Sequence record: NZ_CP024587.1 | Source: a plasmid | Length of the DNA: 64,000 nt | Reading direction: 5' to 3' (one strand) | Shown here: positions 19,091 to 30,037 of the stretch, in pieces | Layout of the letters: each line of letters starts with the position of its first letter | How positions within the stretch are numbered: the first letter of the stretch is position 1 | Made by a program: the position numbers and the translations under genes | The notes under the pieces: model-generated | Database searches by the model: none | What the model was told of the DNA's origin: nothing | Seen by the model: only the letters and a program-made list of their open reading frames with translations

Positions 19091-20637
19091 ACCAGGACAC
19101 GGACCCGACGCAGCCGGAAGCGCAGGCGATCACGGCGAAACGGAATTTCCTGGCCGGCGCAGGTTGGAACGCACTCGGCCGGGGCCTGCCGCTGCTCCTG
19201 GCGCTGGTGCTGACGCCGATTCTGCTGTCCCAGATGGGCGTCGAGCGCTGGGGCATCTTCACCCTGGCGCTGAGCCTGGTCGGAGTGGTCAGCATCCTGG
19301 ATCTGGGCATCGGCGCCTCGCTGACCCGGGTCGTGGCGGCGGAGCTGGCGGTGGGTCGCGAGGACCGCGCCGCGGCCATGATCACCACCGCGCTCGCGAT
19401 CCTCGCCGTGGTGCTGATCCCCTTCACCCTGGTCGCGGTGACCTTCATGCCGGCCGTGGTGGACCATGCGCTGAACGTGCCGCCCGCATTGCGGGACCAG
19501 AGTATCGCGGCGCTGCGCATCATGGTGCTGACCTTGCCGCTGGTGGTGCTCAGCGCCGCGCTATGGGGCACGCTGACAGCCTGCCAGCTCTTCCGCGCCG
19601 CGAACCTCGTCAACATCCCGGTCGGCATCTTCTACTATCTCGGCCCGGCAATCGCCCTGGCGCTGTGGGACAACATGGTGGGCGTGATGCTGTCGCTGGC
19701 TTTGCTGCGGTTGGTGACCTGCATCGCCTATTTCGTGCTCGTATGGCGTCGCTTGCCGGCATTGCACCATTGGCCGAGGCCGGAATGGCGCAATGCCCGG
19801 AGCCTGATGAAGACCGGCGTCTGGATGATGCTGTCCAACATCCTCTCGCCTCTTTCCCTTTATGGCGACCGCTTCCTGATCGGTGCGCTCTTTCCGCTCG
19901 CGGTCGTCTCCTACTACACGACCTCCTTCGACCTGCTCACGCGCTTCTGGATCGTCTCGGTCTCGGTCACCGGCGCGCTGTTTCCCGCCATGGCATCCAC
20001 CTTCTCCTCGGATCCTGCGCGGACGGGTACGCTGATGCGCCATGGCGCCGCCCTGGTGATCGGGCTCCTCTTCCCCGCCTGCCTCATCACCGTGCTGTTC
20101 GCCAAGCCGCTTCTGTCCCTCTGGCTGCATGCGGATTTTGCCGAGCACAGCTACGGCGTGCTGCGCATCCTGGCCATCGGCATCTTCTTCAGCTGCTCGG
20201 GGAGCACGGCGGGCTCCTTCCTGGATGCGATCGGCCGGCCGGATGCCGGGGCAAAGTTCATGGCCCTCCTGGCCGTGCTGTTCATCCCGCTTGCCATGCT
20301 GTTGACTTGGCGCTTCGGCATCACGGGGGCCGCGGTGGCCTTCGCGCTGCGGTCGGCCACGGAATGCCTGGGGCGCCTCGCCCTGTGCCGTAACCTTCAG
20401 CCGCAGGCGGATCGGGACAGCCGGATCATCGGTTCCGTCTCAGCGATGGGAGGACTCATCCTGGCCATCAGTATCTTCGTTCCGGCCGGGATCATGTCCT
20501 TCCTGACCGTCCTGACCGTCCTGCCCGCCTACCTGCTTTTCGGCGCCTATTGCATGTTCGAGCGTCACGAACGCCTCGTGGCTCTTGCAGGCATGCTCCG
20601 GCTTATGCCGCGCCGCATCGGCGCATCCGTATCATGA
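19087..20637 (+). CDS. Wzx-type oligosaccharide flippase (polysaccharide biosynthesis protein, MOP superfamily)
   Basis: About 12-14 TM helices. N-terminal FLAGAGWNALGRGLPLLLALVLTPIL pattern typical of PST/Wzx proteins. Start overlaps the preceding stop. Confidence 0.75.
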   Translation: MNQDTDPTQPEAQAITAKRNFLAGAGWNALGRGLPLLLALVLTPILLSQMGVERWGIFTLALSLVGVVSILDLGIGASLTRVVAAELAVGREDRAAAMITTALAILAVVLIPFTLVAVTFMPAVVDHALNVPPALRDQSIAALRIMVLTLPLVVLSAALWGTLTACQLFRAANLVNIPVGIFYYLGPAIALALWDNMVGVMLSLALLRLVTCIAYFVLVWRRLPALHHWPRPEWRNARSLMKTGVWMMLSNILSPLSLYGDRFLIGALFPLAVVSYYTTSFDLLTRFWIVSVSVTGALFPAMASTFSSDPARTGTLMRHGAALVIGLLFPACLITVLFAKPLLSLWLHADFAEHSYGVLRILAIGIFFSCSGSTAGSFLDAIGRPDAGAKFMALLAVLFIPLAMLLTWRFGITGAAVAFALRSATECLGRLALCRNLQPQADRDSRIIGSVSAMGGLILAISIFVPAGIMSFLTVLTVLPAYLLFGAYCMFERHERLVALAGMLRLMPRRIGASVS

Positions 20638-20660
20638 TCGCCCGATCGAGGATCCCTTTA

Positions 20661-22909
20661 TGAGCCAGAGCTCAACCCCGACTACGGTGGTGTCGACAGG
20701 GTTTGATCCTGCGGCACAGATGGAGCCTATCGGAGTTCCATTCGGCCGAGTCTTCCACGTCCTGCGCCGGCGCAAGGGGGTGATCCTCGGCATCATCGTC
20801 CTGGGCATGGCTGGGGTGACCGCCGTCGTCATGCAGCTGCCGCCCCGCTATACCGCGGAGGCGCAGATCCTGATCGAACCCCGGCGGACCCAGGTGTCGG
20901 ATCTGCAGGCGATCACGACGGAACAGGTCGACGTTTCCAACCTGATGCGCACGCAGATCGACATCTTCCGCTCGCCAGCTCTGGCGGCCAAGGTGGTCGA
21001 GGCCCTGGATCTCACCAACATGCCGGGCTTCCTGCCAGAGCCCGGCGGGCTGTCCGCCCTCCTGGCGGATGCGAAGCGGTGGTCCATGGAAATGTTGGGC
21101 CTGGCCACCCCGGCCCCCCGGCTGGAAGGCCCCCTGGACCGTGAGCAGCTCGCGATCCAGAAGGTGCTGGGGCTGATCACCTTCTCGAACGAGGCGCGCT
21201 CCAATGTCCTGCGCGTCTCGGCGGAGACCGAGGATCCGCAGCTGAGCGCCAATATCGCCAACGAGATCTCCAACCGCTTCCTGGACTTCAAGAGGAACCA
21301 GAAGTTCGCGGCCACGCAGCGCGCGCATGACTGGTTCCAGGAGCGGCTGGCGGAGCTTTCCGTGAAGGTCCGGGCTTCCGAGCGGCGCATCTCGGAGTAC
21401 CGGGAGCAGTTCGGGCTGAATGACACGCCCCTGGCGCGCGATGGCGAAGCGCGGACGCCCTCGGTCAACGCGCAGCAGCTCAACGAGATCACGCGGCAGC
21501 TCTCGCTGGTGACCGGAGATCGCGTCGGCAAGGAATCGAGGCTCAATCAGGTCAACACCGTGCTGCGCAACGGTGGACGCATGGACACCTTGCCGGAGGT
21601 CGTGGACTCCCCCCTGATCCAGGCCCTGCGCCAGCAGGAGGCCGTGGCCATCGGCCGCGAGGCGCAGCTCTCCGCTTCTGCCAGCGAGCGCAGTCCGGAA
21701 TTCCTCGCTGCCCAGGCGCAGCGGCGCGGCCTGCAGCGGCGCATCCAGGAGGAAGCCTCGAACATCGTTTCCGGGCTCAACAACGAGGTCATCGCGATCC
21801 GGGCGCGGGAAGCATCCCTGCGCAACACCCTCGACAACTTGCGCAGCGGCGTGGCGGTCGAGAATGCGGCGGAGATCCAGCTCCAGGCCCTCACCACCGA
21901 GGCACGGGCCAACCGCGTCCTCTATGAGAGCTACCTCAACCGCGCGGTGCAGTTGGCCAACCTGACCGGCATCCAGGAGCCGGACGCCGAGATGGTCTCT
22001 CCGGCAGCGGTGCCGCCCTCCCCTTCCGCGCCCCAGCGCAGCCGGATCCTGGTCGCCGCCTTTCTGGTCATCTCCGTGCTGGCGATCGCCATCGGCTTCC
22101 TGCTCGAGCGCCTTCGGACCACCTTCAGCAGCGCCGAGGAGCTGGAGGCCGCTCTTGGGATCATGCCCTTCGGGCTGATCCCCAAGACGTCGCAGCGCGC
22201 CCGCGCGCTGGGTAACGCGAATAGCACAAGCGCCCTTCAGTTCGCGGCGGCCCTGAGCAAGGTGCGGGGCGGGCTACAGGTCCTCCAGGTGGAGAAGCGC
22301 CCGAAGGTGATCATGATCACCTCTGCCCTGCCCAAGGAGGGGAAGACGGTCTTCGCAACCAGCTTCGCCAAGAGCGCGGCAAGCAGTGGCTGGCGCGTCC
22401 TGCTGATCGATGCCGATATGCACCGCCCTGGCGTGGCGGCACAGTTTGGTCTTTCCCCTTCGCCCGGCCTGGACGAGGTTCTCACCAGCACGGATCCTGC
22501 GGACTATGCCCGGGCGGTGCGGACGGTGGCGGACAGGCTCGATGTACTTCCTACCTCGGTGAGCGCGGCCACGCCGCAGGATCTCCTGGCCTCCGACCGG
22601 ATGGCGGAGATCATCCGGAAAGCCCGGGAAGACTACGATGTCGTCGTGATCGACACGCCGCCGGTGGTGCCGACCGTGGATGGGCTGATCCTGGCCCACC
22701 TGACGGATGCAACGATCCTGGCGGTCAGGTGGGAGAAGACATCGCGCTCCTCAGCACAACTGGCCTTGCGCCTGCTGCGCAGCAGTAGTGCGACCCTGGT
22801 TGGAAGCGTACTGACACAGGTGGATTTCAAGCGCGCCGGCATCTCCCGGGCGCAGAACATGGCCTATCTTTACCGCAAGCATCTCAAGATCAAGCGCTCG
22901 GCGGTGTGA
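20661..22909 (+). CDS. polysaccharide co-polymerase PCP-2a with C-terminal BY-kinase domain (ExoP/Wzc/GumC-like)
   Basis: N-terminal TM followed by a Wzz-like periplasmic domain with coiled coil, a second TM, then Walker A (ITSALPKEGKTVFATSFA) and Walker B (DYDVVVIDTPP). Confidence 0.8.
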
Positions 22910-23409
22910 GCGGAACGAAGCGAGGCCGTGCGGAGCTATCCTCCTGTTCCACCCATAGGAGGTGCAAGAGGACCGGATTGCACGGCCGCGCAACCGCATT
23001 CGTGCGAACGGGACCAGGGTGCTATCGCACCATCCAATAGATGCCGATCCAGGCCACGACGCCAAGCAGGATAGCGAGCAGGATCCCACGCGCGGCCGAC
23101 AGCGGATGGCCGGAGGGAGCGTCAGGCCTTCCTCGCTCCCTGTGGCAAGGCTCCTGCTTGTCGATACGGTTGGTGATCTTGGTCACTCCTGGCCAAACTC
23201 CGTATGGGCTCAATCACGTTGAGCCACCGGAACCGGAAGGCCTGACCAGGCATACTGCCCGGTCATAGACCGAGTCTAACACGATTTTTTCGCCGCTTGC
23301 CGTCCCAACGCTGGCCCGGCCTACCCATTCCTGGGTAGTCGGCTTTGAATAACCCTTTCAAACGGACGGGCTGCAGAACAAGCGTAAGCGCTGCCTGGAG
23401 ACCCTACGT

Positions 23410-24893
23410 GGTCGGCTCTGAACAACCTGATCAGGCCGTTCGGCCCATTGCTGGATGGCGACTGGTCTGTGTGAGGGCCTGAACGAGGCTGGCGAGAAAG
23501 GCGAGCAAGAGAGCCCTGAGGTGGGCGAGGATCTTGCGGATATTGCGGCCGCAGCCGCAGAGGACGGCGTGGAGGGCATCGCCGAGGGTGCCCTTGAGGG
23601 CGCAGCGGGCGAGACGGCCGTCGGACTTCATGTGGCCGATCTCGGGCTCGATGGCGCTGCGGCGGCGCAGCAGCCGGCGCAGGCGGGGTGTCAGGCCGCG
23701 GCGCGTGCCGCTGACGAGCACCCTGGTGCCGGTCACGCCATGGCCGCGGTAGCCACGGTCGACCACGGCGAGGCTGGGGCGGAGGCCGGTGAGGGTCTCG
23801 ACCTGCTGGAGGGCGTCGGCGAGGGTGTGGCCGTCATAGGGATTGCCGGGCTGGCTGCGCATGCCGACGACGAAACCGTCCTCGATGGTGGTGGCGATGC
23901 TGACCTTCGTGCCGAACTCGTAGCGCACCCTGGCCTTGCCCTTGGCGATGCAGTCCACCTCCTGCTCGTGCAGGGCGTAGAGCTTGCGGGGCGTCTTCGG
24001 CGTCTGGCGCAGCAGGCGGGTGACGAGCGCCATCCTGTCGTTGATCCGATCCCGCAGCCTCCCCTCGGGGACGGCGCCGAGCTTGCGGCCCACGTCGCGC
24101 AGGACGCGGCCGGTGTAGCCCTTGAGGGTGCGCAGCGCCTTGCGCATGCGGCGGAACTGCCGGGCATGGGCGTGCCGCCCCACCTGGCCCGCCAGGCGCG
24201 GGGCCAGGCGGCTGTAGGTCTGCCGCAGGGCGATCCCGGCTTTCCGCGCCAGCGTCACCAGCGAGCGGCGCGCCTTCTCGTAGAGACGGCTGTCGGTCGG
24301 GTGGGCGATGGCCTTCTCCATCACGGTGGTGTCTACCGCGACCTCGGCCAGGCTGCGCTCCGACACCGCACCCGCGGCGCGGCCCGCCTCGATCGTCTTG
24401 GTCAGCAGCCACTCGACACCTTCCTCACCGATACGGCTGCGCCAGCGGCTGAGCGAGGAGGGGTGGATGGGCGGACGGTGCTGGAAGAACGTCTCGCCGG
24501 TGAAGTGCTGGAAGTACGGGTTCTCCACCCAGCGCGCGAGCACCGCCTCGTCGGAGAGGCCGTAGGCATGCTGCAGGTACATCAGCCCTGCCACCAGACG
24601 CGGATGCGCGGCAGGCCGTCCCTCGGTGCCGGGGAAGAAGCCTGTCCACTCCCGCTCGAACCACGCCCAGTCGATCAACGCCGCCAGCCGCACCAGTTCG
24701 TGCCGCCCATCGATCATGTCGACCAGCCGCGGCCGCAGCAGATCGTCCTGTTCCGGCGGGCGCGGGCGATGCTTCATGCCCGCCAGAATCGCAGGGTTTG
24801 CCGCTGAAAACAATTGAACCCGGCAAATCCGGGACACCCAGACCAGCAGATTCCCTGGCTAAATCAGAGCGTTGCGAGTTGTTCAAGGCCGAC
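23410..24893 (-). mobile_element. IS5-family (IS5 group) insertion sequence, apparently intact (1484 bp)
   Basis: Imperfect ~17-bp IRs GGTCGGCTCTGAACAAC and GTTGTTCAAGGCCGAC. One long transposase ORF. Confidence 0.75.
23431..24837 (-). CDS. IS5 family transposase (DDE_Tnp_1)
   Basis: ..NPYDGHTLADALQQVETLTGLRPSLAVVDRGYRGHG.. and C-terminal ARCALKGTLGDALHAVLCGCGRNIRKIL are IS5-group signatures. The start is more likely MKHRPRPP at 24777. Confidence 0.85.
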   Translation of the reverse strand: MSRICRVQLFSAANPAILAGMKHRPRPPEQDDLLRPRLVDMIDGRHELVRLAALIDWAWFEREWTGFFPGTEGRPAAHPRLVAGLMYLQHAYGLSDEAVLARWVENPYFQHFTGETFFQHRPPIHPSSLSRWRSRIGEEGVEWLLTKTIEAGRAAGAVSERSLAEVAVDTTVMEKAIAHPTDSRLYEKARRSLVTLARKAGIALRQTYSRLAPRLAGQVGRHAHARQFRRMRKALRTLKGYTGRVLRDVGRKLGAVPEGRLRDRINDRMALVTRLLRQTPKTPRKLYALHEQEVDCIAKGKARVRYEFGTKVSIATTIEDGFVVGMRSQPGNPYDGHTLADALQQVETLTGLRPSLAVVDRGYRGHGVTGTRVLVSGTRRGLTPRLRRLLRRRSAIEPEIGHMKSDGRLARCALKGTLGDALHAVLCGCGRNIRKILAHLRALLLAFLASLVQALTQTSRHPAMGRTA

Positions 24894-24904
24894 TCAGTAT
24901 GTCG

Positions 24905-25110
24905 ACCGTTGTGCCGCCCGCTACGAGCGCGGCGCCATGATCCTGACTTCCAATCGCGGCTTTGCCGAGTGGGGCGAGGTGTTCGGCGAACCGGTGGTGG
25001 CGACCGCGCTGCTCGACCGGCTGCTGCACCATGCGGTGGTCGTGTCGATCGAGGGCTCCAGCTACCGCCTGCGCCAGCACGCGGACCTGGTGCCGGAGAG
25101 CCTGCGCCCC
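24905..25110 (+). pseudogene. IS21-family IstB (helper ATPase) C-terminal fragment
   Basis: RYERGAMILTSNRGFAEWGEVFGEPVVATALLDRLLHHAVVVSIEGSSYRL is the conserved IstB C-terminus. It is bounded by the IS5 element on the left and ISL3-B on the right. Confidence 0.6.
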
Positions 25111-25211
25111 GCCGCCAGCACCCTCGCGCAGCCTCCACCGCGGCGCCGGGGCAGACCGCCCAAGCCAAGAGGTGCCGATCCCAGCAACGGCTGATCCCCG
25201 GACCCAAACTG

Positions 25212-26992
25212 GGGAATTTTACGGTTCTCCCGCACTTTCCGTGCTGCTGTTTCGGTATCACGCGGCGTGCAGGACGCGGGTGCGGAGGAGATCAAAGCCT
25301 GCTCGGCCGTACATGGTCCGCTTGATCATCTTGATGCGGCTGATCTGTCCTTCGACCGGGCTCGTCGTCCAGGGCAGATCGAGGGCGGCCTGGATGGCGT
25401 CCTGGTCGCGGCGCAGCCCGGCGGCGAAGTTCTTGAGCGGTGTTTCGTCGGCAGCGGCGAGCACGGCAGGTAGGGTGTCACCCGTCTCGTGGCGCAAGAG
25501 ACGCTGCAGCCGCTTAGCCACGGTGATCGCCTCGGCCAATCGGGGCGCCTCCTTGAGCAGGTGACCGACGAACAAGTTCTCGTCTGCCGACAGTCTGGTC
25601 TCGTCGGCCATGAGCATGCAGCCGATCCGGCGAATGGTCAGCCCTGCCCAGGCCTTGGCTCCTGCTCGTTGCTCGGTGGCGGAAGGATCCGGCTGTTCCC
25701 GGCGGCGACCGGTGGCCCAGCGGCGCACAAGACCGGGGCGCCCTGTGAAGCCCCGCCCGATCAACTCGCGCCAGAGCTGAGCGGCGTTGCGGCAGCCCTC
25801 ATTCCAGCGGCCTTCGAGATACGCGACATGGACATCCAGCCCGCTGCCGCGCCGCGGCTTGCGCCACGACGGGGCATGGCCAAGCGACAGCCAGCGCCGC
25901 ACGGTCTTGCGCTCGGCATCGAGCAAGCTGGCGATGCGGCTGATCGACAGGCCCTTGCCGTGAAGGTCGGCTGCCTCGTCGTACCGTGCCTGGCGGCGGT
26001 GAAGTGAGGCTTGGCTCGCCCGCTGCGCCGCGTTCGGTGGATGGGACAGAGGCGGCGGCACGCCCGGTAAGGGCTCGCCCTGGGCTTGCGTCTCGGCGGT
26101 CCGCTGTGCCGCCCGACCGGTGGCGTTGCCGTGCCGTTCCACGAGGGCCCGGACCGCATCTCCGAGGTTGCGCAGCAGGTGCCAGCGATCCGCTACCTGG
26201 ATTGCACCGGGCGCGCCCTGCCGGACCCCGTCCGCGTAAGCGCCCGCCCGGTCTCGGGCCACGATCTCCACGCCAGGGTGCTGGCGCAGCCACGCCGCCA
26301 GGGTCTCCGCTTGGCGGTCGGGCAGCAAGTCGACGGCGCGATTGCGCTCTAGGTCGACCAGCGCCGTGCCGTAGTGATGGCCTCGGCGCCAAGCCCAGTC
26401 GTCCACCCCGAGCACCCGGGGCGTCGCTGCCGGCATGGCGTCCCGGCCCTCCGCGCGGGTGATCCGCAGCAACGTGTCCGGGCTGGTCGCCATGGCTAGA
26501 CGCTCGATCAGGCGCGCGCCGGCCTTGTCCCCGAGCGCCAGGCCTACACAGCGCTGCAGATCGCCCAGTCGCCGGGTCCGCCGTGCCCCGGCGGCCGCAA
26601 CCTCCGGGAGCCGCTCGGCGAAGGTCTGCCGGGTACAGGTCGGGTCGAGGCAGCGGAACCGCCGTGCCTGGAGACGCAGCGTCACAGGGCGGCCCTGCCA
26701 TGGCAGATCAGCGAGGCGGCGTTGGTAGTGGCTGTGAACGCGCCGTGACGACGTGCCGCAAGCTGGGCAGGTGGCGGCCTCGGGAGGTAGCGTGGCGGCG
26801 ATGATGATGTGATCGGAAGCGGGCAGGACCTGCTGAACCAGCAGCCCCGCTGGAAGCAGAGGCAGGAGACGCTTGGACAATCCCAGCTTTCAGAGAGAGG
26901 AACGACGCCCCTCCAATGTGATCATCCCACCCCGGAACGACGAGCCACAGCACGGAAAGTGCGGGAGAACCACGATTCAGGCGGCGTTGACA
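25212..26992 (-). mobile_element. ISL3-family insertion sequence, variant B (left terminus atypical/truncated)
   Basis: Right IR CAGCACGGAAAGTGCGGGAGAACCACGATTCAGGCGGCGTTGACA. The left IR matches only the internal part (GGTTCTCCCGCACTTTCCGTGCTG). The transposase is about 70% identical to variant A. Confidence 0.75.
25258..26880 (-). CDS. ISL3 family transposase (540 aa, variant B)
   Basis: Same architecture and C-terminal TTSPVEGQISRIKMIKRTMYGRAGFDLLRTRVL motif. Confidence 0.85.
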   Translation of the reverse strand: MSKRLLPLLPAGLLVQQVLPASDHIIIAATLPPEAATCPACGTSSRRVHSHYQRRLADLPWQGRPVTLRLQARRFRCLDPTCTRQTFAERLPEVAAAGARRTRRLGDLQRCVGLALGDKAGARLIERLAMATSPDTLLRITRAEGRDAMPAATPRVLGVDDWAWRRGHHYGTALVDLERNRAVDLLPDRQAETLAAWLRQHPGVEIVARDRAGAYADGVRQGAPGAIQVADRWHLLRNLGDAVRALVERHGNATGRAAQRTAETQAQGEPLPGVPPPLSHPPNAAQRASQASLHRRQARYDEAADLHGKGLSISRIASLLDAERKTVRRWLSLGHAPSWRKPRRGSGLDVHVAYLEGRWNEGCRNAAQLWRELIGRGFTGRPGLVRRWATGRRREQPDPSATEQRAGAKAWAGLTIRRIGCMLMADETRLSADENLFVGHLLKEAPRLAEAITVAKRLQRLLRHETGDTLPAVLAAADETPLKNFAAGLRRDQDAIQAALDLPWTTSPVEGQISRIKMIKRTMYGRAGFDLLRTRVLHAA

Positions 26993-27692
26993 GTGGACAC
27001 GACGGTGATGGAAAAGGCCATCGCGCATCCGACCGACAGCCGCCTCTACGAGCGGGCGCGGCACTCCCTGGTGACGCTGGCGGGCCAGGCCGGGATCAGG
27101 CTGCGGCAGACCTACAACCATGCCCGGCAGTTCCGGCGCATGCGCCGGGCGCTGCGCACCCTCAAGGGCTACACCGGCCGCGTCCTGCGCGACGTGGGCC
27201 GCAAGCTCGGCGCCGTCCCCGAGGGGAGGCTGCGGGATCGGATCAACGACAGGATGGCGCTCGTCACCCGCCTGCTGCGCCAGACGCCGAAGACGCCCCG
27301 CAAGCTCTACGCCCTGCACGAGCAGGAGGTGGACTGCATCGCCAAGGGCAAGGCCAGGGTGCGCTACGAGTTCGGCACGAAGGTCAGCATCGCCACCACC
27401 ATCGAGGACGGTTTCGTCGTCGGCATGCGCAGCCAGCCCGGCAATCCCTATGACGGCCACACCCTCGCCGACGCCCTCCAGCAGGTCGAGACCCTCACCG
27501 GCCTCCGCCCCAGCCTCGCCGTGGTCGACCGTGGCTACCGCGGCCATGGCGTGACCGGCACCAGGGTGCTCGTCAGCGGCACGCGCCGCGGCCTGACACC
27601 CCGCCTGCGCCGGCTGCTGCGCCGCCGCAGCGCCATCGAGCCCGAGATCGGCCACATGAAGTCCGACGGCCGTCTCGCCCGCTGCGCCCTCA
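26993..27692 (+). pseudogene. IS5-family transposase internal fragment (5' cut by ISL3-B, 3' diverges at 27690)
   Basis: Begins mid-protein (VDTTVMEKAIAHPTDSRLYE..) and is nearly identical in protein sequence to the transposase at 23431..24837. It lacks the last ~55 codons. Confidence 0.7.
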
Positions 27693-27832
27693 GAGCCCGT
27701 TTGAAAATTGCTGGTCCGCAGCCTTCTGGGGTCTGCTGAACCTTCGCAGAGGCAGACGTCCAGACGCAGACCTCCTGCGCTGCCCGGCTGGGAGACCCTT
27801 ACCGGTCCACCGCTACAGCATTCTCAAACGGG
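27693..27832. repeat. IR-flanked 140-bp element (MITE-like); 17-bp terminal inverted repeats AGAGCCCGTTTGARAAT
   Basis: 27693-27709 and 27816-27832 are inverted repeats (16/17 match). A degenerate copy of the same terminus is at 23325-23345. Confidence 0.35.
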
Positions 27833-27834
27833 CT

Positions 27835-28839
27835 CTAAGGGGCCGCAAGCGATCCTTCCCATTTCAACGCAGTGTCAATAATGAAATCAAGATCGTCATA
27901 AAGCGGATTCCAATCCAGAACCTGGTTGATATGCTGGGTGGCTGCAATTAAGAACGGGGGATCACCTACTCGTCGCGGAGATTCTACAATTTCCAATGAT
28001 TTGCCGCTCACTTTTTCCACGGCACTTAATACCTCTCGCACAGAGTGCCCACGCCCGTAACCGCAGTTCATTGTTAGATTGACTGAATTGTTCTTCTGCA
28101 AGTAACGAAGTGCCGCAACATGAGCATTCGCCAGATCCGTGACGTGGATATAATCACGCACACCCGTTCCGTCAGGTGTTGGATAATCCGTGCCGAAAAT
28201 CTCTATTTTCTTACGTTTGCCCACTACGGCTTCGCAGGCAACTTTGATGAGATGTGTGGCACGTAGCGAGCGCTGCCCAGCACGCCCCAAAGGGTCCGCG
28301 CCAGAAACATTAAAATAACGCAGCGTGACACTCGAAATCCCGTGGGTGCGGGCGACGTCACTGATCATCTGTTCTGCAGCGTACTTGCTATTGCCATACG
28401 GATTTATCGGCTTACACGGCATGCCTTCATCAATTGGCATAACTTCCGGAATACCATAAACGGCAGCAGTCGACGAAAAAACAATATTTCGTACGCCTGT
28501 CTGGACACAAGCACCGAGCATGGCCGAAACGCCGAAGACGTTATTGCGCCAGTAAGCAAGCGGCTTCTCTGAACTTTCTGGCACGATCAACGATGCGGCA
28601 AAATGCATTACGGCCGATACATTGTAATCGCGAATAGTTTGTACCAATCTTTCTTCGTCATGGACAGAAGCATGGATGAAAGGCACATCACTTGGTATCG
28701 ATTCAGCAAATCCGGTTGACAAATCGTCAAACACCACCACGTCGAAACCTGCATCGCGTAATGCAAGTACCGCATGGTTACCGATGTAACCCGCGCCTCC
28801 TGTCACCAGAACGCTGCTTTTCCTGTTCTGAACAACCAC
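27835..28839 (-). CDS. galE: UDP-glucose 4-epimerase
   Basis: VLVTGGAGYIGNH Rossmann motif and YxxxK (NPYGNSKYAAE). Full-length 334 aa. GC content is conspicuously lower (~50%) than the surroundings. Confidence 0.85.
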   Translation of the reverse strand: MVVQNRKSSVLVTGGAGYIGNHAVLALRDAGFDVVVFDDLSTGFAESIPSDVPFIHASVHDEERLVQTIRDYNVSAVMHFAASLIVPESSEKPLAYWRNNVFGVSAMLGACVQTGVRNIVFSSTAAVYGIPEVMPIDEGMPCKPINPYGNSKYAAEQMISDVARTHGISSVTLRYFNVSGADPLGRAGQRSLRATHLIKVACEAVVGKRKKIEIFGTDYPTPDGTGVRDYIHVTDLANAHVAALRYLQKNNSVNLTMNCGYGRGHSVREVLSAVEKVSGKSLEIVESPRRVGDPPFLIAATQHINQVLDWNPLYDDLDFIIDTALKWEGSLAAP

Positions 28840-29031
28840 TAGAAATTCACCCCGCTTTTTCTACAATATGGTAGGATATTTGACGCTTCAGTAACAGATT
28901 ATGCTAAATATAAACACCAAAAAGACGTTAACTTGCATAGCATGATGTATCACGATTTTCTATCTGTTTGGTCGCGAACAGTATGGGGACCTTTTTGGTC
29001 TAGACTTAGGATCCGCTAGAGCATAATCTGA

Positions 29032-29640
29032 TCAGTCTGGTTCATATTCAGCGGCGGTGAAGTAGCTGGCACATTCCTGTGGTGAGAACTGCGGAAGCGC
29101 ATCGCGGATTGCGTTCCAGAGTGCGTCGATGGTGCGGCTGGCGGCCTTCCGCAGGAGCGCCTTGAGCTTGGAGAAGGCGTTCTCGATCGGGTTGAAGTCT
29201 GGCGAGTAGGGCGGCAGGAACCGCAGTGTCGCGCCTGTGGCTTGGACGGCCTCCCGGACGGCAGCGCCCTTGTGGGCGGGCAGGTTGTCGAGGATGACGA
29301 TGTCACCCGGGCGTAGGGTGGGTGCCAGAACCTGCTGTGCATAGGCGGTGAACCACTCGCCCGTCATCGCGCCGTCCAGCACCATCGGCGCGGTCAGGCC
29401 AGACAAGCGCAGCGCGCCGGTGAAGGTGGTTGTCTTCCAATGCCCGTGCGGCACTGGCGCCCGGCAGCGGGTTCCGCGTTTCGAGCGCCCATAGAGCCGT
29501 GCCATCTTGGTGGAGGCGCTGGTCATCATCGATGAAGACCAGCCGCTCCGGATCCAGATCAAGCTGTGCCTCGAACCAGACCTCGCGCTTGGCGGCCACA
29601 TCTGGCCTCAGTTGCTCGGCAGCGTGGGCAGTCTTTTTTT
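29032..29640 (-). pseudogene. IS630 family transposase, C-terminal DDE half (separated from N-terminal half by nested insertion)
   Basis: ..[46 protein letters not shown]. Confidence 0.75.
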
Positions 29641-30037
29641 CTAGGTTGGCAAAATTGGCTGTCTGATGGTCTGCTCTCTGTTGCGGAGTGGGTGGCTGGA
29701 GGGCAGTGGGATGGGCAGGCTGTCGGCACGGGATCGGCCGGAGCGTGAGCGGGTGCTGGTTCCGGTTCGGCGTCTGTGTCCGGCCTGCGGCATGGCGATG
29801 CGGATCCGCTACGAGAACCGCCGCACGCTGGTGACGCTGTCCGGGTCGGTGAGGCTGCGGCTCAAGATCCGGCGCTGCGAGGCGGTGAGCTGTGTGCGGC
29901 ATCACCGTCCCTGGCGCCCGGAGGCGGAGGGCGCCAGGGACGGTGATGCCGCAGCATGAGTTCGGGCTGGACGTGGTGGCGTTGGTGGGGGCGCTGCAGC
30001 ACCGGGATCACCGCTCCGCGCCCGAGATTCACGCGGT

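Noticed and set aside
19077-20393. 438-aa + strand ORF overlapping the Wzx gene in another frame
   Set aside because: Arg/Pro/Gly-rich artefact. The Wzx frame has multi-TM character and family signatures.
23022-23213. 63-aa ORF with C-terminal hydrophobic segment just downstream of the ExoP-like gene (possible ExoX-like small EPS regulator)
   Set aside because: No sequence similarity to ExoX/PsiA could be seen. Located antisense in a non-coding tail, so too speculative.
24814-25194. 126-aa ORF as an intact gene
   Set aside because: Only residues ~30-95 match IstB. The rest is read-through of IS5 and ISL3 termini, so it is annotated as an IstB fragment.
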